From NCBI GenBank assembly GCA_964016885.1, contig OZ024745.1, forward strand, positions 6,820,001 to 6,884,000: DNA of 64,000 bases, in the 5' to 3' direction. The DNA comes from Eledone cirrhosa. Taxonomy: Eukaryota. The notes under the pieces were generated by a model. It saw only the letters and a program-made list of their open reading frames with translations, was not told the DNA's origin and did no database searches. Position 1 is the first letter of the stretch, and every line of letters starts with the position of its first letter. Positions 59,501-64,000 of this stretch are shown here, piece by piece. Both the position numbers and the translations under genes were made by a program.

Positions 59501-62500
59501 GCCAGTTCTATGGTGGCTGTAAAATATGGCAGCCAGTAATATGGTGGCTGTACAATATGGCAGCCAGTACTATGGTGGCTATACAATAGTGCAGCCAATA
59601 CTATGGTGGCTGTAGAATATGGCAGCCAGTACTATGGTGGCTGTACAATATGGCAGCCAATACTATGGTGGCTGTACAATATGGCAGCCAGTACTATGGT
59701 GGCTGTACAACATGGCAGTCAGTACTATGGTGGCTCTACAATATGGCAGCCAGTACTATGGTGGCCGTAAAATATGGCAGCCAGTACTATGGTGGCTGTA
59801 CAATATGGCAGCCAGTACTATGGTGGCTGTACAATATGGCAGCCAGGACTATGATGACTGTATAATATGGCAGCCAGTACTATGGTGGCTGTACAATATG
59901 GCAGCCAGTAATATGGTGGCTGCACGATATGGCAGCCAGTACTATGGTGGCTGTACAATATGGCAGCCAGTACTATGGTGGCTCTACAATATGGCAGCCA
60001 GTGCTATGGTGGCTCTACAATATGGCAGCCAGTTCTATGGTGGCTGTAAAATATGGCAGCCAGTAATATGGTGGCTGTACAATATGGCAGCCAGTACTAT
60101 GGTGGCTATACAATATGGCAGCCAGTACTATGGTGGCTGTAGAATATGGCAGCCAGTACTATGGTGGCTGTACAATATGGCAGCCAATACTATGGTGGCT
60201 GTACAATATGGCAGCCAGTACTATGGTGGCTGTACAACATGGCAGTCAGTACTATGGTGGCTCTACAATATGGCAGCCAATACTATGGTGGCTGTACAAT
60301 ATTGCAGCTAGTACTATGGTGGCTGTACAATATGGCAGCCAGTCCTATGGTGGTTGTACAATATGGCAGCCAGTACTATTGTGGCTCTACAATATGGCAG
60401 CCAGTACTATGGTGGCTCTAAAATATGGCAGCCAGTACTATGGTGGCTGTACAAAATGGCAGCCAGTACTATGGTGGCTGTATAATATGGCAGCCAGTAC
60501 TATGGTGGCTCTACAATATAGCAGCCAATACTATGGTGGCTGTACAATATGGCAGCCAGTACTATGGTGTCTGTACAATATGGCAGCCAGTGCTATGTTG
60601 GCTCTACAATATGGCAGCCAGTACTATGGTGGCTGTACAATATGGCAGCCAGTTCTATGGTGGCTCTAGAATATGGCAGCCAGTACTATGGTGGCTGTAC
60701 AATATGGCAGCCAGTACTATGGTGGCTGTATACTATGGCAGCCAGTGCTATGGTGGCTCTACAATATGGCAGCCAGTACTATGGTGGCTGTACAATATGG
60801 CAGCCAGTGCTATGGTGGCTGTACAATATCGCAGCCAATACTATGGTGGCTCTACAATATGGCAGCCAGTACTAATGTGGCTGTACAATATGGCAGCCAG
60901 TACTATGGTGGCTGTACAATATGGCAACCAGTACTATGGTGACTGTACAATATGGCAGCCAGTAATATTGTGGCTGTACAATATGGCAGCCAGTACTATG
61001 GTGGCTCTACAATATGGCAGCCAGTACTATGGTGGCTCTACAATATGGCAGCCAGGACTATGATGACTGTATAATATGGCAGCCAGTACTATGGTGGCTG
61101 TACAATATGGCAGCCAGTAATATGGTGGCTGCACAATATGGCAGCCAGTACTATGGTGACTGTACAATATGGCAGCCAGTACTATGGTGGCTCTACAATA
61201 TGGCAGCCAGTGCTATGGTGGCTCGACAATATGGCAGCCAGTTCTATGGTGGCTGTAAAATATGGCAGCCAGTAATATGGTGGCTGTACAATATGGCAGC
61301 CAGTACTATGGTGGCTATACAATATGGCAGCCAGTACTATGGTGGCTGCAGAATATGGCAGCCAGTACTATGGTGGCTGTACAATATGGCAGCCAATACT
61401 ATGGTGGCTGTACAATATGGCAGCCAGTACTATGGTGGCTGTACAACATGGCAGTCAGTACTATGGTGGCTCTACAATATGGCAGCCAATACTATGGTGG
61501 CTGTACAATATTGCAGCTAGTACTATGGTGGCTGTACAATATGGCAGCCAGTTCTATGGTGGTTGTACAATATGGCAGCCAGTACTATTGTGGCTCTACA
61601 ATATGGCAGCCAGTACTATGGTGGCTCTAAAATATGGCAGCCAGTACTATGGTGGCTGTACAATATGGCAGCCAGTACTATGGTGGCTGTATAATATGGC
61701 AGCCAGTACTATGGTGGCTCTACAATATAGCAGCCAATACTATGGTGGCTGTACAATATGACAGCCAGTACTATGGTGTCTGTACAATATGGCAGCCAGT
61801 GCTATGTTGGCTCTACAATATGGCAGCCAGTACTATGGTGGCTGTACAATATGGCAGCCAGTTCTATGGTGGCTCTAGAATATGGCAGCCAGTACTATGG
61901 TGGCTGTACAATATGGCAGCCAGTACTATGGTGGCTGTATACTATGGCAGCCAGTGCTATGGTGGCTCTACAATATGGCAGCCAGTACTATGGTGGCTGT
62001 ACAATATGGCAGCCAGTGCTATGGTGGCTGTACAATATCGCAGCCAATACTATGGTGGCTCTACAATATGGCAGCCAGTATTAATGTGGCTGTACAATAT
62101 GGCAGCCAGTACTATGGTGGCTGTACAATATGGCAACCAGTACTATGGTGACTGTACAATATGGCAGCCAGTAATATTGTGGCTGTACAATATGGCAGCC
62201 AGTACTATGGTGGCTCTACAATATGGCAGCCAGTACTATGGTGGCTCTACAATATGGCAGCCAGGACTATGATGACTGTATAATATGGCAGCCAGTACTA
62301 TGGTGGCTCTACAATATGGCAGCCAGTACTATGGTGGCAGTACAATAGGGCAACCAGTGCTATGGTGGCTGTACAATATGGCAGCCAGTACTATGGTGGC
62401 TGTACAATATGGCATCCAGTACTATGGTGACTTTACAATATGGCAGCCAGTACTATGGTGGCTGTACAATATGGCAGCCAGTACTATGGTGGCTGTACAA

Positions 62501-63890
62501 TATGGCAGCCAGTACTATGGTGGCTGTACAATATTGCAGCCAGTACTATGGTGGCTGTACAATATTGCAGCTAGTACTATGGTGGCTGTACAATATGGCA
62601 GCCAGTTGTATGGTGGTTGTACAATATGGCAGCCAGTACTATTGTGGCTCTACAATATGGCAGCCAGTACTATGGTGGCTCTACAATATGGCAGCCAGTA
62701 CTATGGTGGCTGTACAATATGGCAGCCAGTACTATGGTGGCTGTACAATATGGCATCCAGTACTATGGTGGCTGTATAATATGGCAGCCAGTACTATGGT
62801 GGCTCTACAATATGGCAGCCAGTACTATGGTGGCTGTACAATATGGCAGCCAGTATATGGTGGCTGTACAATATGGCAGTCAGTACTATGGTGGCTCTAC
62901 AATATGGCAGCCAATACTATGGTGGCTGTACAATATTGCAGCCAGTACTATGGTGGCTGTACAATATTGCAGCTAGTACTATGGTGGCTGTACAATATGG
63001 CAGCCAGTTCTATGGTGGTTGTACAACATGGCAGTCAGTACTATTGTGGCTCTACAATATGGCAGCCAGTACTATGGTGGCTCTACAATATGGCAGCCAG
63101 TACTATGGTGGCTGTACAATATGGCAGCCAGTACTATGGTGGCTGTACAATATGGCAACCAGTACTATGATGGCTGTATAATATGGCAGCCAGTACTATG
63201 GTGGCTCTACAATATGGCAGCCAATACTATGGTGGCTGTACAATATGGCAGCCAGTACTCTGGTGGCTGTACAATATGTCAGCCAGGGCTATGGTGCCTC
63301 TACAATATGGCAGCCAGTACTATGGTGGCTGTACAATATGTCAGCCAGTTCTATGGTGGCTCTACAATATGGCAGCCAGTACTATTCTGGCTGTACAATA
63401 TGGGAGCCAGTACTATGGTGGCTGTACAATATGGCAGCCATTTCTATGGTGGCTGTATAATATGGCAGCCAGTGCTATGGTGGCTCTGCAATATGGCAGC
63501 CAGTACTATGGTGGCTATACAATATGGCAGCCAGTACTATGGTGGCTGTACAATATGGCAGCCAGTGCTATGGTGGCTGTACAATATCGCAGCCAATACT
63601 ATGGTCGCTCTACAATATGGCAGCCAGTACTATGGTGGCTGTACAATATGGCAGCCAGTACTATGGTGGCTGTACAATATGGCAACCAGTACTATGGTGA
63701 CTGTACAATATGGCAGCCAGTACTATGGTAGCAGTACAATATGGCAGCCAGTACTATGGTGGCTCTACAATATGGCAGCCAGTACTATGGTGGCTCTACA
63801 ATATGGCAGCCAGTACTCTGGTGGGTTTACAATAAGGCAGCCTGTACTATGGTGGCCGTACTATATGGCAGCCAGTACTATGGTGGCTGT
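53520..63890. repeat. Non-adjacent duplicated block: ~53520-54930 repeated at ~62450-63890 (offset ~8928 bp, 288 monomers)
   Basis: ORF pairs 53689/62617, 54091/63019, 54317/63245 (8928). Shared private variants ccagttgtatgg, ggcatcc, the gtatatgg deletion monomer, atgggagcc, gtgggtttac. Confidence 0.87.
59840..62290. repeat. Tandem higher-order duplication with a unit of 1209 bp (39 monomers): ~59840-61050 then ~61050-62260; related partial copy at ~57170-57850
   Basis: The ccaggactatgatgac marker occurs at ~59843, ~61052 and ~62261 (spacing 1209). ORF pairs 60115/61324, 60425/61634, 60549/61758, 60673/61882. The ORF at 57261 resembles the one at 60425. Confidence 0.9.
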
Positions 63891-64000
63891 ACAGTATGGC
63901 AGCCAGTACTATGGTGGCTCTACAATATAGCAGCCAGTGCTATGGTGGCTGTACAATATGGCAGCCAGTACTATGGTGGCTGTATAATATGGCAGCCAGT

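Larger units (their letters stand above)
1..64000. repeat. Tandem satellite array of a 31-bp monomer (consensus ACAATATGGCAGCCAGTACTATGGTGGCTGT), about 2,064 copies, single orientation, open at both window ends
   Basis: Directly visible from base 1 to 64000. The ATGGCAGCC motif recurs at 6+31k (6, 37, 254, 688, 1804 ... 52210, 59092) with only small phase offsets that the observed indels explain. Most monomers differ from consensus by 0-2 substitutions. Confidence 0.99.

Noticed and set aside
6-63930. Hundreds of + strand ORFs (up to 602 aa) as protein-coding genes
   Set aside because: The unit length of 31 is not a multiple of 3, all three frames overlap and give the same peptide, stops and frameshifts are scattered, and there is no unique N- or C-terminal domain or codon-position bias. 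They are by-products of a stop-free repeat.
1-64000. CRISPR array (31-bp repeat with an internal palindrome)
   Set aside because: The repeats abut directly with no unique spacers, and there is no leader or cas gene in the window.
1-64000. Diversity-generating cassette array (DGR, antigenic-variation or integron-like)
   Set aside because: Variation is sparse single-base change spread over the monomer and copied in blocks by descent. There is no hypervariable segment, adenine-specific mutagenesis, recombinase or reverse transcriptase.
1-64000. Telomerase-type telomeric repeat or G-quadruplex array
   Set aside because: The consensus has only GG dinucleotides with no G3 tracts, and variants are inherited in kb-scale blocks rather than re-templated. 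A subtelomeric satellite location is not excluded.
1-64000. Sequencing or rolling-circle concatemer artefact, or synthetic construct
   Set aside because: Differences are mostly substitutions that recur in ordered, nested, diverging blocks with very few indels, which fits biological array evolution rather than read error. Individual near-perfect duplications still need read validation.
1-64000. Embedded transposon, inversion or unique island within the array
   Set aside because: None seen on reading through the window. The 31-bp phase is accounted for continuously from start to end and no reverse-orientation monomer (ACAGCCACCATAGTACTGG) was noticed.
1-64000. A single fixed-period higher-order repeat across the window
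   Set aside because: Observed offsets differ by region (7, 31, 39, 52, 63, 82, 88, 96, 116, 136 and 288 monomers), so no single period explains the array.

Overview
The whole 64-kb window is one uninterrupted head-to-tail tandem array (satellite/minisatellite DNA) of a 31-bp monomer, consensus ACAATATGGCAGCCAGTACTATGGTGGCTGT, about 2,064 copies, all in the same orientation and running off both ends. I see no unique sequence, gene, RNA gene, transposon or CRISPR spacer. The many + strand ORFs are artefacts: a stop-free 31-nt unit gives the same 31-aa peptide in all three frames, while the - strand carries a TAG in every monomer. The informative structure lies in the variant monomers: (i) nested multi-monomer duplications of about 0.2-4.3 kb, (ii) a layered flank-core-flank organisation in which both ends share markers missing from the middle, (iii) only 14 detected small indels, several inherited by descent, and (iv) a monomer that is itself a degenerate dimer containing an inverted repeat. 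The organism and satellite family cannot be named from sequence alone; a eukaryotic heterochromatic origin is an inference. Duplication boundaries were read by eye and from ORF-track offsets and are approximate (a few monomers either way).
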